Positions 13,214-26,861 of a stretch of DNA of 64,000 nucleotides are shown piece by piece. The notes under the pieces are model-generated. The model did no database searches and was not told where the DNA came from. It saw nothing but the letters and a program-made list of their open reading frames with translations. Position numbers and translations under genes: made by a program. The DNA is from Octopus vulgaris. Its lineage: Eukaryota. Position 1 is the first letter of the stretch, and every line of letters starts with the position of its first letter. The stretch spans positions 134,354,001 through 134,418,000 of the forward strand of contig OX597818.1 in assembly GCA_951406725.2 (NCBI GenBank), read 5' to 3'.

Positions 13214-13810
13214 CAAGGAGGTGCTGCAAAGTTCTTGACTTCAGGTAAAAGAGATTATGATTTTATTCAACACTAGCAGTATCGCCCGGCGTTGCTCGGG
13301 TTTGTAAGGGAAATAACTATATAAATATTTTTAGAGAGTTATAGCCAAAAAATAGCAAAAAAATGCATTAAAAATGGGAAAAAAATTATGGTAATTTTTT
13401 TTTTTAAATCGTTGACTCATCGTAGACATTTTTAGAGAGTTACTTCCCTTATATAATAGCGGAAAAAATGCATTAAAATGAAAAAAATGATGGTAAATTT
13501 TTTTTTAAATCGTAGACTCATCGTAGACACGCGCTAATACCCAGAAGGGCTCGATATGAATCACGACTATAAGATACCCGGTTTTGGTTAAACTGCACCG
13601 CAAAATGTGGGAGTAGTTAGGAATCTAAATCGCAGGAGACAGACACACAACCTCTCTTTTATATATAAAGATATTCCCATGTCAAATTCACACACCCACC
13701 GCAACGGCCCTTCGGGTTTTCTAAGCCCTGTAAAAGAACTCAGAAGGTTGAACCTCCAACTAGGCATTTCGCAACACCCTTAAAACCAAGAACTTTTCAG
13801 CACTCCCTCG
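13214..13810. mobile_element. Mariner-type MITE interrupted by a Helitron
   Basis: TA flanks, TIR ...aagaacttttcagcactccctcg. Homologous to 18317-18532. Confidence 0.8.
13273..13671 (-). mobile_element. Non-autonomous Helitron, type I
   Basis: TC...CTAG ends. The empty site caaca^tattcc is seen in the paralogous MITE at about 18390, with no TSD. Confidence 0.92.
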
Positions 13811-14005
13811 TATATAAAACACATTCTCGGCGAGACTATTTTCATGAAAGATCTATTTCTGTAGTGTCAATATACATAATAACATAATTACATTGAAATG
13901 AATCCTGCTTTGCTATAAATATCTCTATTGTTTAGTAAGAAGTTTGCTTTCCAGCCACATGGTTCCGGGTTTAGTCCCACCGTGTAGTACTTGTGTTTTG
14001 TAACC

Positions 14006-14300
14006 CAGTGCTACTCAAAGAGGTGGTCCGCGGACCGGTGCCGGTCCGTGACCCATCAGCTGCCGGTATGCGGCGTGTTTCCAGAAAAGAAAGAAACATA
14101 AAATGCTTATAGAATGCTTATGTAGTATTGTATTATTTGATTACAAAATAAATATAAGATAAAAAAATTTGTCAACTTTTATCATATTCATTATATATAC
14201 TGTTTCCGGTATAAATTAATATTGCTAAGAAATATTACCGGTCCCTGGCACTTTGGAAAAAACTGCGGGTACTTCCCGTCATATAGTTTGAGAAGCACTG
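14006..14300. mobile_element. hAT-type MITE
   Basis: TIR cagtgctactcaaa/tttgagaagcactg. Degenerate 8-bp TSD ttgtaacc/ttctagcc. Confidence 0.75.
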
Positions 14301-14411
14301 TTCTAGCCAACCCCAGGCCGAGCAAAAGCCTTGTGAGTGAATTTGGTAAGCGGAAACTGAAAGAAGCCTGTCGAATGCATACATACATACATACATACAT
14401 ACATACATACA

Positions 14412-14440
<29 letters not shown>

Positions 14441-14443
<3 letters not shown>

Positions 14444-15180
14444 ACTTAGAATAACTTAGAAAGGTTTTGGCCAGTATTGGCCCAGGCCATGTCTAACTTA
14501 ATAGCACCACCTGGTGAAGTCTTTCAGTTCAGGATTTGGGCACCAAGGCCCATTCAAGCAGAGAGTTATTGTTTGCGGAGACATATCCGGGTGTGGGTGG
14601 TTTGTCCGGTACTGTTTGAAGGAATTTGTCCAAAGACTTCTTGAATTTTGTGTGGTCAGTTTCTTTTTTGACGTGTCCTGGTGTAATGTTGAAGAGAGCG
14701 GGTCCAATTGAGGTGAAATAGTTGTGCCGTATTGTCGTTATGTGATGCGATTTAGATTTTTGTTGTGGACGGATGGCACGTGGTCCAAGCCTTGGATGCA
14801 TTTTGAAGGTGATGCCAACATCATTCGGACAGTGCTGATGGAATATTTTCCACATCATACAGATAATGTAGCGTTCACGGCGTCGTTGGAGTGAATACAA
14901 TTTCAGCTTTTCTAGTCTACCCCAGTAGTCAAGGTCTGATATGCCATCTATCTTTTTTGTGATTGACCTTTGGGGAGCTTCAATTCTCATAATATTTTGT
15001 TTTGTGTAGGGAGACCACAGTGGACAGCAGTATTCAAGGTGGGGTCGGGCAAAAGTGGAGAAGAGAAGGATAATAGCGTGGGAATCTCTCGACTGGAAGG
15101 TTCTGAGAATCCAGGAACACATTCTGCGGGCCATGTCAACTTTGCTGCTTGTGTCGTCTTCTAGGTGGTTCACGTTCTTG
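14441..15180 (-). mobile_element. 5'-truncated CR1/L2-group LINE (ORF2 C-terminus, 3' UTR, repeat tail)
   Basis: [13 protein letters not shown] and [16 protein letters not shown]. Tail (tctaagttat)2. Confidence 0.88.
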
Positions 15181-15208
15181 TCCCAGTTTGTATATATTTT
15201 TTACTTTT

Positions 15209-15295
<87 letters not shown>

Positions 15296-15988
15296 TTTTG
15301 TCCGCCACCGTCACTACCCGACGGTGTTAATTTGATCTCGTTCCCGTAAATTAACGGTTCGGCAAAAGAGTCCAATTAATGAAGTACCAGATTTAAAGAT
15401 TTAAAAAAAAACAAGTACAAGGGGCGATTTGTTCGACAAACCCTTCAAGGCAACGCTCCAGCATGGTTGCAGTTTAATGACAAAACAATTAAAAGATAAA
15501 AGATAAAAGATTAAAGATTCATTAAACAAAGGGAAAACATTCTTGTTAATTTCATAATCTCTACCAAGTCTCACATTTATGAATAATAGGTTCTCTTGTC
15601 ATTCTTAATTTGTTGTTTGGAGATATTTTCCCAGTTTTGACCCACTTCAAAGAATCTCTTGATGCGTGACTCATCTACTCCTTTTAGATGTCGGTCGAGA
15701 AGTGATATAAATAAATTCTATTCTATTTAGTTAATACATTTTACCTTTACTTGACACCCACATATGATTGTTATCGCTTATAGTTTGGGCACAATGATTT
15801 AGATATACTATTTCCTGTCTCCCTCCCACCCTACTAATTATTCCTCCAACATCATCACCGTCACAATCAATATATACTTCTCTATCTCTCCAACCTCCTC
15901 CTCCTCTTCATGTTTCTTCTCTTACTCATCATGTTCTTCGTCACTATCATCGAATTACATTATTGCTTGTTTGGGCTGCAGAACCCAC

Positions 15989-17019
15989 TGTAGCGTGACT
16001 GATAACCTTACTGTTTGAGAGACACATTAGGAATAATCTCGTGGTAGTTAACAACCATCTTTGGCTTTTTTGGCCCTGTTGTGTCAACTGCTCTGATTGG
16101 TTGGCATTTGGCGCAGTTTGTCTTTCGACTTATTTCACGCCAACCAATCACGGCCTTTGGATAAGGTCTCGTGACGCTGTTTTTCTGATGCTTCATTTGA
16201 GCCTACCCAAGGCTATAAAAAGGCCAGCATTCACTATTCCAGGTCTTTGGCTCTAGACCTTCTAAGGTAAAGGTCTAGTCACTGACCACAGAGATACTCA
16301 GCCGTGTTCCAGTTCCAGCGACAGACGGCCAGCCAGTCAGCCATGCCGACGCTAATGTACACCAGCAGCATAGAACGTTCTCCATCTCCGTCCCCGTCAT
16401 CACCACCGTGGCCATTACCACCGTCAACTTCAAATATGTACACAGCACTCGTCCAGGTCTATTCTCCACGCTGTTTGTGAATACTTCACCGAGGGAAAAC
16501 AGTTGCAGTCTACCTGAAAGAACTTTCTGTATCAAGAGACTCGGCACGGCATTGAAGCCCCAACCGCGGCACATGTGCCCAACCGGCCTCTCCCTCGTGA
16601 CCTCCAACATCTTGTTATAGAACTTGCTATCGTGAACCTCACTTACGAACTGGTAAACAAATTCCATCTTAGCTCAATATGCTGAGAAACTTCCTGGTTG
16701 TTACCGAGTACGTTCTGTAAATTATTGTTTCTCATATTTTTTTTTGCAAACTTCTCTGGTGGGGGACACCTTCACTTCGTTCCCCTCCCTTTTAATCATT
16801 TCCTTGAATTTACTTCATTCCTCCAGCTTCACCTCTTCGCTTTTTTCCTTCGTCGCCTCTGCATAATTCTTCGTCTCCATTACTTCGTCAATTTTCCTCA
16901 GACTTCTAACCAACTCTTCCTCAGGCGACACAAAGTCTGATGAAGAATAACTCAACTTTTCACAACTCATCACACGACGTCCCTCCATTAAACAAGAGGG
17001 AAAACGTCGCACCGCTATG
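15989..17019 (+). mobile_element. Possible solo LTR
   Basis: Starts TGTAGCG and has cgcta near 17013. CCAAT-like boxes (ctgattgg, ccaatca) precede ctataaaaagg at about 16213. GC-richer than flanks. No clean TSD. Confidence 0.35.
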
Positions 17020-17096
17020 ACAACCAAAAATATACGTGTATTACACACAAAGACAGTAGTTCGACTAACCAAAACGATAAACCGGAAGCAAGCTTC

Positions 17097-17700
17097 TTAT
17101 TTCTTCATTGCCCACAAGGGGCTAAATATAGAGGGAACAAACAAGGACAGAGAAACGGATTAAGTCGATTACATCGACCCCAGTGCGTAACTGGTACTTA
17201 ATTTATCGACCCCGAAAGGATCGAAGGCAAAGTTGACATCGGCGGAATTTGAACTCAGAACGTAACGGCAGACGAAATACCTATTTATTTACTACCCACA
17301 AGGTGCTAGACACAGAGAGGACAAACAAGGACAGAGAAACGGATTAAGTCGATTACATCAACCCCAGTGCGTAACTGGTACATATTTAATCGACCCCGAA
17401 AGGATGAAAGGTAAAGTCGACCTCGGCGGAATTTGAACTCAGAACGTAGCGGCAGACGAAATACCTATTTCTTTACTACCCACAAGGGGCTAATTAATCA
17501 CAGAGGGGACGAACAAGGACAGACAAACGGATTAAGGCGATTACATCGACTCCAGTGCGTAACAGGTACTTAATTTATCGACCCCGAGAGGATGAAAGGC
17601 AAAGTTGACCCCCGGCGGAATTTGAACTCAGAACGTAACGGCAGACGAAATACGGCTACGCATTTCGCCCGGCGTGCTAACGTTTCTGCCAGCTCGCCAC
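17097..17700 (-). mobile_element. SINE-B array (head plus 3 units)
   Basis: Junctions gacgaaatacctattt. Confidence 0.9.
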
Positions 17701-17757
17701 CACACAGCCAATCCTGATTGCCCTACGTAAAAGATTCGTGACTGCTTCTGCCTATAC

Positions 17758-17945
17758 CAGTTCTCCGCAACCGGTATGCCGCGGCACACTGGTGTGCCAC
17801 GAGACGATGCTAAGTGTACTGCAGTGTAACCTAAATATAATTTCTTTCCCCTATACTTTTAGTTATATTTTTAGCTTAGGCGTGACGCCGAATTTTGAAA
17901 AGAATATAAGTGAACCGCAAATGCAAAAAAGGTTGCGGAGCACTA
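17758..17945. mobile_element. hAT-type MITE
   Basis: TIR cagttctccgcaacc/ggttgcggagcact. Confidence 0.65.
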
Positions 17946-18316
17946 ACTTGTACTACAGTTCCCATGTGATGAAATTGCAGAAGTAACAGTATTTCGTGGT
18001 CACAGCTTGATTTGCGCTGAAGTTGAACTTGGATTATAGGAGGGAATAACTAGCCTTACTCTCCATTTTCTTTATTTTGTTGAGCTTATTTTGTGGAGCC
18101 ACGAAGGATGAACAGTAACTTCTATTCTGGTGATGCTTGAAGTCAGAACGTAAAGAACAATTAAAAATTGCCTGATATTTTCTCTGTCTCTCTACTGTGC
18201 CAACCAACTACATTGTCTGTCCCATAGCTCTTACAGGAGTATAAATACTGACTTCTACAATTGTTAGAACTAGAAGATTCCTTGTTTGTAAGGAAGAAGT
18301 TTAGTCTACAGCAGTA

Positions 18317-18532
18317 CGAGGGGCTACTGAAAAGTTCCTGGCTTTAGACAAAAGAAAATACAAGAAGATCAGTTAATTATGATTTTATGCAACATATTCC
18401 CCTCTCAGATTCACACAGTTATTGCAGTGGTCCTTCAGTTTTTCTAAGCCCTGTAAAAGAACTCGGAGGGTGGGCCTCCAGTCAGGCCTTTCACGACACC
18501 CTTAAAGCCAAGAACTTTTCGGCACTCCCTCG
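18317..18532. mobile_element. Mariner-type MITE
   Basis: TA|cgaggggctactgaaaagttc...gaacttttcggcactccctcg|TA. Confidence 0.82.
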
Positions 18533-19049
18533 TATATTACTGCTATTTTATTTTACAGACTCCGGAAAGATAAAACTGTTTAAACAAATCCTAATCGTTC
18601 CTGATGGAATTTGAAACCGGAATATAAGGAGTGGAAAATTGATAGCATAAGTGATTTATTGTGATGTTCTACTTTTCCTATATATCAAAGTACAAATATT
18701 GCTAGTTTATTTCGTCTTTTCTTTTGAAAGTAATATCGATTTCGGATTTTGGCAGGGGGCCAGTAAATTCGGGGACATGGCGTAAGTCGATTACATCGAC
18801 CCCAGTGTTCAACTGGTACTTATTTTATCGACTCCTAAAGGATAGAAAACAAAGTCGGAATTTGAACTGAGGACATAAAACCGGAGGAAATGCCGGTAAA
18901 CATTTTGTCCGGCGTGCTAACGATTCTGCCAGCTTACCATCCTCTCATTTGAAAGTAATATCGAATGATATATTTTTTTAATTAATGTTCTGTGCGTGAT
19001 TGGTTGAGATTGGGTTGGAAGGAACTGATTTATAATGTTACGAATATAG

Positions 19050-19355
19050 GTTGTTGTTTGTTCCTTCTCAAGCCACGCCTGACTCATAAGGGCCGGTTTC
19101 CCAGTTTCCTTAGCGTATAGGTTCCCCACCCGGACGGGAAGCCGGTCCATCGCAGGTGAGCTGGAAGATGCAGGAGGAAAGAGTGAGAGAAAGTTATGGC
19201 GAAAGAGTCAGTAGAAGTTCGCCATTACATTCTGCCGGAGCCGCGTGGAGCTTAGGTGTTTCGCTCATAAACACAAACATCGCCCGGTCTGAGATTCGAA
19301 CCCGCGATCCCTCAACTGCAAGTCCGCTTCTCTAAAGACTAGGCCATGTGCCTCC
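19050..19355 (-). mobile_element. SINE-A-related element with tail C
   Basis: Related head and body. Tail cctgcgatggacc...aacaaacaacaac. TSD acga(a/c)tatagg. Confidence 0.8.
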
Positions 19356-19940
19356 TCACGACTATAGGTACAAGGCCTGAAATTTGAAGGGTAAGAATTA
19401 GTCGATACCACTGACTCTAGTACTTGACTTAATTTACTCTGGAGGGATGAAAAACAAAGATGACTTCGGTGAAGTTTGAACTCAGAATGTAAAGTGTCGT
19501 AACAAATGCCGCAAAGCCTTTTCCCGAAAATTCAACGATTCTGCAAATCTACTGCCCGTTGGGATTTACTAATATTGGTTTCAAATTCTGGCACAAGGCC
19601 AGAAATTTTTGGAAAGGGTGTAATTTGATTACATCGACCCCAGTGCTCAACTCGTACTTATTTTGACGACCCTCAAAGTCGACCTCGGCGGAATTTGAAC
19701 GCAAAGATGGACGAAATGCCGCTAAGCATTTCGCCTGACACGATAATGATTCTTCCAGCTCGCCGCCTTGAGACTGACTAATATTAATTGATAGTGATGT
19801 CGGAAGATAGGGTGATCTCGAGTTACAACTAATGTACTCGTGATTGTTAGTCTCTTTGTTTAATTGTATGGCCGTATACATTACTATCCGACAGTCTGTC
19901 TCTGTGTATTTAATCTTTAGTTACGCTGGTGGTCTTCCGG

Positions 19941-19974
<34 letters not shown>

Positions 19975-20068
19975 CGATGACTAAATACGAGTTCCAGTTG
20001 GTAATGAGGAAAAGGAATGTTTTACAGAGTAACCAAACGAATTCGTTTGCAGTAAACTATATTGGTGA

Positions 20069-20451
20069 TGGAAGCACTCCGTCGGTTACGACGATGAGGG
20101 TTCCGGTTGATCCGACCAACGGAACAGCCTGCTCGTGAAATTAAAGTGTAAGTGGCTGAGCACTCCACAGACACGTGTACCCTTAACGTAGTTCTCGGGG
20201 ATATTCAGCGTGACACAGAGAGTGACAAGGCCGGCCCTTTGAAATACAGGTACAACAGAAACAGGAAGTAAGAGTGAGAGAAAGTTGTGGTGAAAGAGTA
20301 CAGCAGGGATCACCACCATCCCCTGCCAGAGCCTCGTGGAGATTTTAGGTGTTTTCGCTCAATAAACACTCACAACGCCCGGTCTGGGAATCGAAACCGC
20401 GATCCTACGACCACGAGTCCGCTGCCCTAACCACTAGGCCATTGCGCCACC
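20069..20451 (-). mobile_element. SINE-A
   Basis: Near-identical to the other copies. Confidence 0.92.
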
Positions 20452-21039
20452 ATTATTGTATATAGTAAGCTCAAATATGTTATTGCATTACCCGGGTTCA
20501 ATTTTAGTCTTTTTATGATTAAAAAAAGCTGTAATTTTTGATAATCCTATGCCTGCTGTTTCATTAAAATAAGTTGACAAAAATGTTAAAATATTATCCA
20601 TAATAGGTATTTCCGCTTATTTTTACACCATTATAAAGTATATTATAATAATTTTTTTTCACATTCTAATTTGCTTATTTCTCTTTATCAAGTTCATAAA
20701 ATTCCATGACAATGGTATGGTTTTTTTTTTTACAAATGACGACATGTTTCTTTCGGTGAATGTTTTATTTTGTCCTTCTCGTGATTTAAGCTAAGTTTCC
20801 TGCTTTATCATTTTTTAAAATTCCTTACCAAATCTCCGATTCGCTATATCCCAGCCTATGCCTGTCTCTTGCTTTGAATATTTCTCCTTCGAAAGTTTGC
20901 AGAGATATTTTTCACACGGATATTTGCTATAGGATATCACGAAGTTGATATTAATACAAGTAAAGGGATAATCTAAATGGATGATGGTTTCAACTTTTGA
21001 CACAAGGTCAGCAATTCTAGTGGGAGGTATTACATAGAT

Positions 21040-21272
21040 AAGGCGGCGAGCTGGCAGAAATGTTAGCACGCCGGGCGAAATGCTTAGCGGTATTTCGTTT
21101 GCGTTACGTTATGAGTTCAAATTCCGCCGAGGTCGACTTTGCCTTTCATCCTTTCGGGGTCGATAAATTAAGTACCAGTTACGCACTGGGGTCGATGTAA
21201 TCGACTTAATACCTATGTCTGTCCTTGTTTGTCCCCTCTGTGTTTAGCCCCTTGTGGGTAATAAAGAAATAG
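21040..21272 (+). mobile_element. SINE-B monomer nested in an older SINE-B relative
   Basis: TSD aggtattacatagat. Confidence 0.9.
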
Positions 21273-21829
21273 GTATTACATAGATCCCAGTGATGAATTG
21301 GTACTTTATTTTATCGACCCCCGCAAGGGTGAAAGGCAAAGTTGACCACGACGTTAATTGAACCCGGAATGTACTGAGCCGGAAGAAATACCGCTAAACC
21401 TATTATCCGACGCGCTAACCATTCTGTCTGTTCACTATCCTAAATTAATCTGATAATGACATCAATTATGCTGTCTAGATTTGTGTCATCCAATAATATG
21501 AATGAGAAATATTTTATCAAAACTGAAAGGATAGTATTCGGAAGTGATATCTTATATTCAGCGGAAGCATAAAAGGGTGGAGTGAGAGAGAATAGATTAT
21601 TTGGCTTAAGATATGTACTTTTATTCTTGTTATCAAGAGGACATTTATGAAAAGACGTCACGCTAGGAAAGATCTTATCCTAGCTTGATGGCACGAAGCA
21701 ATTAAAAGATATTTCTGTTCTTGCTATTAAATGTGCCATCGACATTACCAATTAACAAGGATATGCTTGTCAATTATGACAAGGATATAGCCAACAGTGG
21801 CGATACATCTTCTAAAATAATAAATGCGA

Positions 21830-22428
21830 AAGGCGGCGAGCTGGCAGAAACGTTAGCACGCCGGGTGAAATGCTTAACGGTATTTCATCTGTCGCTACGT
21901 TCTGAGTTCAAATTCCGCCGAGGTCGACTTAGCCTTTCATCCTTTCGGGGTCGATAAATTAAGTACCAGTTACGCACTGGGGTCGATGTAATCGATTTAA
22001 TCCGTTTGTCTGTTCTTGTTTGTCTGTTCTTGTTTGTCCCCTCTGCGTTTAGCCCCTTGTGGGTAGTAAAGAAATAGGTATTTCGTCTACCGCTACGTTC
22101 TGAGTTCAAATTCCGCCAAGGTCGACTTTGCCTTTCATCCTTTCGGGGTCGATAAATTAAGTACCAGTTACGCACTGGGGTCGATGTAATCGATTTAATC
22201 CGTTTGTCTGTCCTTGTTTGTCCCCTCTATGTGTAGCCCCTTATGCGTAGTAAAAGAAATAGGTATTTCATCTGTCTTTACTTTCTTAGTTTAAATTCTG
22301 CTGAGGTCGACTTTACCTTTCATCCCTTCGGAGTCGATAAATAAAGTACCAGTTGCCAGCTGGGGTCGATCTAATCAACTGGCCCCTCCTCAAAAGTTTC
22401 GGGCCTTTTGCCTAGAGTAGAAAAGAAT
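21830..22428 (+). mobile_element. SINE-B array (head, 2 units, older tail)
   Basis: aaataggtatttc junctions. Confidence 0.88.
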
Positions 22429-22605
22429 ATAATAAATGCGAAAACTAATTTCTGTGTGTCAGTGTGTCAAACTTCGACCCCCCACTCCGCCTCTCTCACT
22501 ATTTATTGACAATCCTACTATTGCTCATGTTAGCGTGAGAGTAATAGTAGGTATAGAAACGCTGAGGGCGGTGGTGAAGACAGAAAGAAAGAAAGAAAGA
22601 AAAGA

Positions 22606-22647
<42 letters not shown>

Positions 22648-22664
22648 AATTTCAGGAGAGTTAC

Positions 22665-22860
22665 TCTTACTCTTTACTCTTTTATTTGTTTCAGTCATCT
22701 GACTGCGGCCATGCTGGAGCACCGCCTTTAGTCGAGCAAATCGATCCCGGGACTTATTCTTTGTAAGCCCAGTACTTATTCTATCGGTCTCTTTTGCCGA
22801 ACCGCTAAATGACGGGGACGTAAACACACCAGCATCGGTTGTCAAGCAATGCTAGGGGGA

Positions 22861-22910
<50 letters not shown>

Positions 22911-23074
22911 CATATATACGACGGGCTTCTTTCAGTTTCCGTCTACCAAATCCACTCACAAGGCATTGGTCGGCCCGGGACTATAGCAGAAGACACTTGC
23001 CCAAGATGCCACGCAGTGGGACTGAACCCGGAACCATGTGGTTGGTTAGCAAGCTACTTACCACACAGCCACTC
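22665..23074 (-). mobile_element. SINE-C
   Basis: Family motifs. Confidence 0.88.
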
Positions 23075-23786
23075 TTGATGATTTTTTTAATTAAAAGTAG
23101 TAGTGTTGATGGTGGCTGTGGAAGTAATAATAAGAGAGAGTGCGAGAGGGGGCTATGTGAGAGAAAGAGGGACTGAACACTGAACTAAGATGCTGAATTT
23201 ACATACTGAACAAACACATACATTTAGCCTTTTTGTGATGGTAATGGGGTGATAATAACAGTATGAGCTGTAGTTGTGATAAAGGCCGAGGCGGCGGTGA
23301 TGATAGTGGTGGTAGCCGAGGCGGTCAGGGATGAGAGTAAGCGATGTGAAAGACATTGGTGATGGTGGTGGAGGGGAAGGCGGCGAAGTCAAAGGTATTG
23401 ATGGTGGTGGCGTCAGAAGTCTAAATGATGTGGTGTACGGCAGATGTGGTGGCGATGGTGGTGGTGGTGGTACTGTTGTTTATCATGAAGCTTTGCAATA
23501 AGTTCCTAGTCGACAAATTATATTATGGTTTTGATGAAAATTGTTCATTGCTTGAAAAATATTGTTCAAGTATAATAAAATTTAAAATGTACTCAATGTA
23601 TGAAGTGTCACTGTTGGGATCAAGGCCTTATGAAGAGCCCTCCACAGGACGTAGCTTAAAAGCCGTTCCAATTAAATTATTTTGTATACGTATAACTCTC
23701 TATGGTTTTCTTATGCTAGTGAAATTGTTACATTGTGCTCTAGTAAACACCCGTGGCCTTATTTACACTGTATTTCGTCTAGAATG

Positions 23787-23822
<36 letters not shown>

Positions 23823-24188
23823 TTAAACACATCTGTTAGATTCTTATGTTACAGTTTCACTGCACATATACACTTGCATACACATTGATATATTTTCATT
23901 TTTATTTTCATTTTTATTTTTCGTCTCTCTCACCATTATTATTGTTGATATTATTTTTCCCATTCACAACTTGGTTTGTAAATTACCCGAATTCCCTTAT
24001 TGCCCCATCTGTGTTCTCTTGTTGCATTTTTACTTTATTTTTATTTTTTTTATCTCATTTTACTTCATCTTATTAAATTTTTTTGATGCCCTTCAAAAGA
24101 TTCCTCACTGATGAGAATGACAATGCATAAATTGAATTTTAAATTTTATTTTTATTTTTATTTTTAAATTTAATTTTTTTATTTTCAA

Positions 24189-24584
24189 CTAGCAGTATCG
24201 CCCGGCGTTGCTCGGGTTTGTAATGGAAATAACTATATAAGCATTTTTAGAGAGTTATAGCCAAAAAATAGCATAAAATGCATTAAAAATGGGAAAAAAA
24301 TGATGGTAATTTTTTTTTTTAATCGTTGACTCATCGTAGACATTTTTAGAGAGTTACTTCCCTTATTTAATAGCGAAAAAAATGCATTAAAATGGAAAAA
24401 AATGATGGTAATTTTTTTTAAATCGTAGACTCATCGTAGACGCGCGCTAATACCCAGAAGAGCTCGATATGAATCACGACTATAAGATACCCGGTTTTGG
24501 TTAAACTGCACCGCAAAATGTGGGAGTAGCTGGGAATCTAAATCGTAGGAGACAGACACACAACTTGACTTTTATATATAAAGA
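24189..24584 (-). mobile_element. Non-autonomous Helitron, type I
   Basis: TC...hairpin-CTAG, A^T target. Confidence 0.88.
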
Positions 24585-24883
24585 TTATAATCACTATGAT
24601 TTAAATTTTTCTTACATTTTTGCACTGTTTTTCGAAACGTACATATGCATTGAATCCAGTTTTATAGTAAATCTATTTCTGTTCCAACATCTTTTCTCCA
24701 CTTTTTAATACTTTTTATGGTATATACTTATAATTATAATGAATCTCCTCAAATATTATTTTCATATTCTTATAAACTGTTTTGGCTGTTTTTCAAGAAT
24801 ATCATGAATCCTTATTAGAAATCACTTTTCTCTCTTTTTGGATCCCCTAAAAAGCTTGAATTGCTCTTTTTGAACTTACTTTT

Positions 24884-24943
<60 letters not shown>

Positions 24944-25139
24944 TCTTGTATTTGTTTCAGTCATTTGACTGCAGCCATGCTGGAGCACCGGCTTTAGTCG
25001 AGCAAATCGAACCCAGGACTTATTCTTTGTAAGTCTAGTACTTATTCCATCGGTTTTTTTTCTCGAACTTCTAAGCTACGGGGACGTAAACGCACCAGTA
25101 TCGGTTGTTAAGCAATGTTGGGGACAAACACAGACACAC

Positions 25140-25188
<49 letters not shown>

Positions 25189-25410
25189 CACACACAGATA
25201 TACTGAAAGAAGCCCGTCGTATATATATATATATATATATATATATACGACGGGTTTCTTTCAGTTTCCGTCTACCAAATCCACTCACAAGGCTTTGGTC
25301 AGCCCGAGTCTATAGTAGAAGACACTTGCACAAGGTGCCACGCAGTGGGACTGAACCCGGAACCATGTGGTTGGTAAACAAGCTACTTACCACACAGCCA
25401 CACCTGCGCC
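24944..25410 (-). mobile_element. SINE-C
   Basis: Family motifs. Confidence 0.85.
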
Positions 25411-26380
25411 TATATATTCTGAGCAAACTAATTTTGATGACTAAAATTCAGCAACACAACATAGAACTAAATAGAATGGTTGTTTTGCAAGAATCAGTAA
25501 CTGAGAAAATTATTCCAGAGAATTCAGCCTCTCGGAACCCATAAAGGTAATTATAGAAACTCATTAGAGGAGTTTTACTATCACTTTAGTAACTTTAATT
25601 ACGTTTGAGATAAAAGCAAATACTTTGCAATGGGATGGGTCACAAACTTCTTTTGTTTTGATACAAAGACGTCAACTTCTATCCTTTGGCATTCTACATG
25701 TTTAGAGAGTGAGATTCTGCACTGATTGCAAGTATTAGAATTAACAGTAACACTACTTTCACTTTTGATGTCTGTTATACTATCAGATGCAATGACTGAT
25801 TTATTACGTAGTATTGAAGTGGTAGATTTGTCTTGTAAATGATAGTCAGGAATAGGAGAACAGAATGTGATCAGATGGGTTGAAAAGGATTGTTACATGT
25901 ATGAATCGTAGAGCTTGATGCGATTGGGAAAGATAAATATACTGGATACCTCAACAGGGTGGATCTCTTTCGATTTGTGGGTAAACGAATTTGTAGAACT
26001 CGGGCTTCACATTTTATTTCCCATCCCATAAAATAGTGAAGAGGGTGAGGTTATGCTTATGTAAGAAGTCGCCTGTTTTTCACTGCAATTTATTTTCTTT
26101 CTTCTTTGAAATTTTGACATTATATCCTAAAAATAAAGAATCTTCAAAAACAGATGCTTTGATTTATTATATCAAGATTAAGACATTTTGCCGTCAGAAT
26201 TTCCAAAAGAGTATATACGTTTGAAGAAAATTCTTGACGTAACAAATCATAATACCATTTCCGGCAATAAATAACTGAACTAAAGCAGCAACTAGGTGAT
26301 GGTTTGTAAAACTCTGAAATGAAAGAAGAACAGAATTCTTTCATACCAACATCCCAAGTCAACTCAGTACACAATTGTCA
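25405..26380. repeat. Inverted paralogue of the flanks of the satellite/telomere cassette
   Basis: 25405-25531 is the reverse complement of about 34147-34275. 26075-26380 is the reverse complement of about 31178-31495. Confidence 0.92.
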
Positions 26381-26495
26381 AGGTGCGGAACCATGTGGTT
26401 GGTAAGCAAGCTAATTACCACACAGCCATATATCAGAGAGAAAAATTATCATTTCTAAATCTCTGAACGAGAAATATTCAGTAACAGTACTTTAG

Positions 26496-26767
26496 AGTAA
26501 AGATTATTTGCCAACATAATGTGACAGTCCTTATTAGGACGAATTATTTAGCCCCAGGAAACATCATCTGCAGTTGTCTATCGATGTACTATCTGCATCC
26601 GAATATTTTCGAACAAGGGAGCGTAGCGCCCCCACTCCCTTGTTCGAAAACATAAGAACGCAGATAGTGCATTGGTAGTCAGCTGGAGACGATGTTTCCT
26701 GAGGCTAAATGACAATAGCATTCGTCCTAATCAGGACTGCCACGTTATGTTGGCAAATAATCTTTAC

Positions 26768-26768
<1 letters not shown>
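26496..26768. repeat. Fold-back palindrome, probable Penelope pLTR 3' end
   Basis: agtaaagattatttgccaacataa...ttatgttggcaaataatctttact, centre gaacaagggag/ctcccttgttc. The arm is related to the 91-bp unit. Confidence 0.8.
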
Positions 26769-26827
<59 letters not shown>

Positions 26828-26861
26828 CGTGCGCGCGCGTGTGTGTGTGTGTGCGTGTGTG

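Noticed and set aside
24100-24150. CTGATGA as a hammerhead core (also near 16938 and 59283)
   Set aside because: No stem II plus GAAA plus UH arrangement follows.
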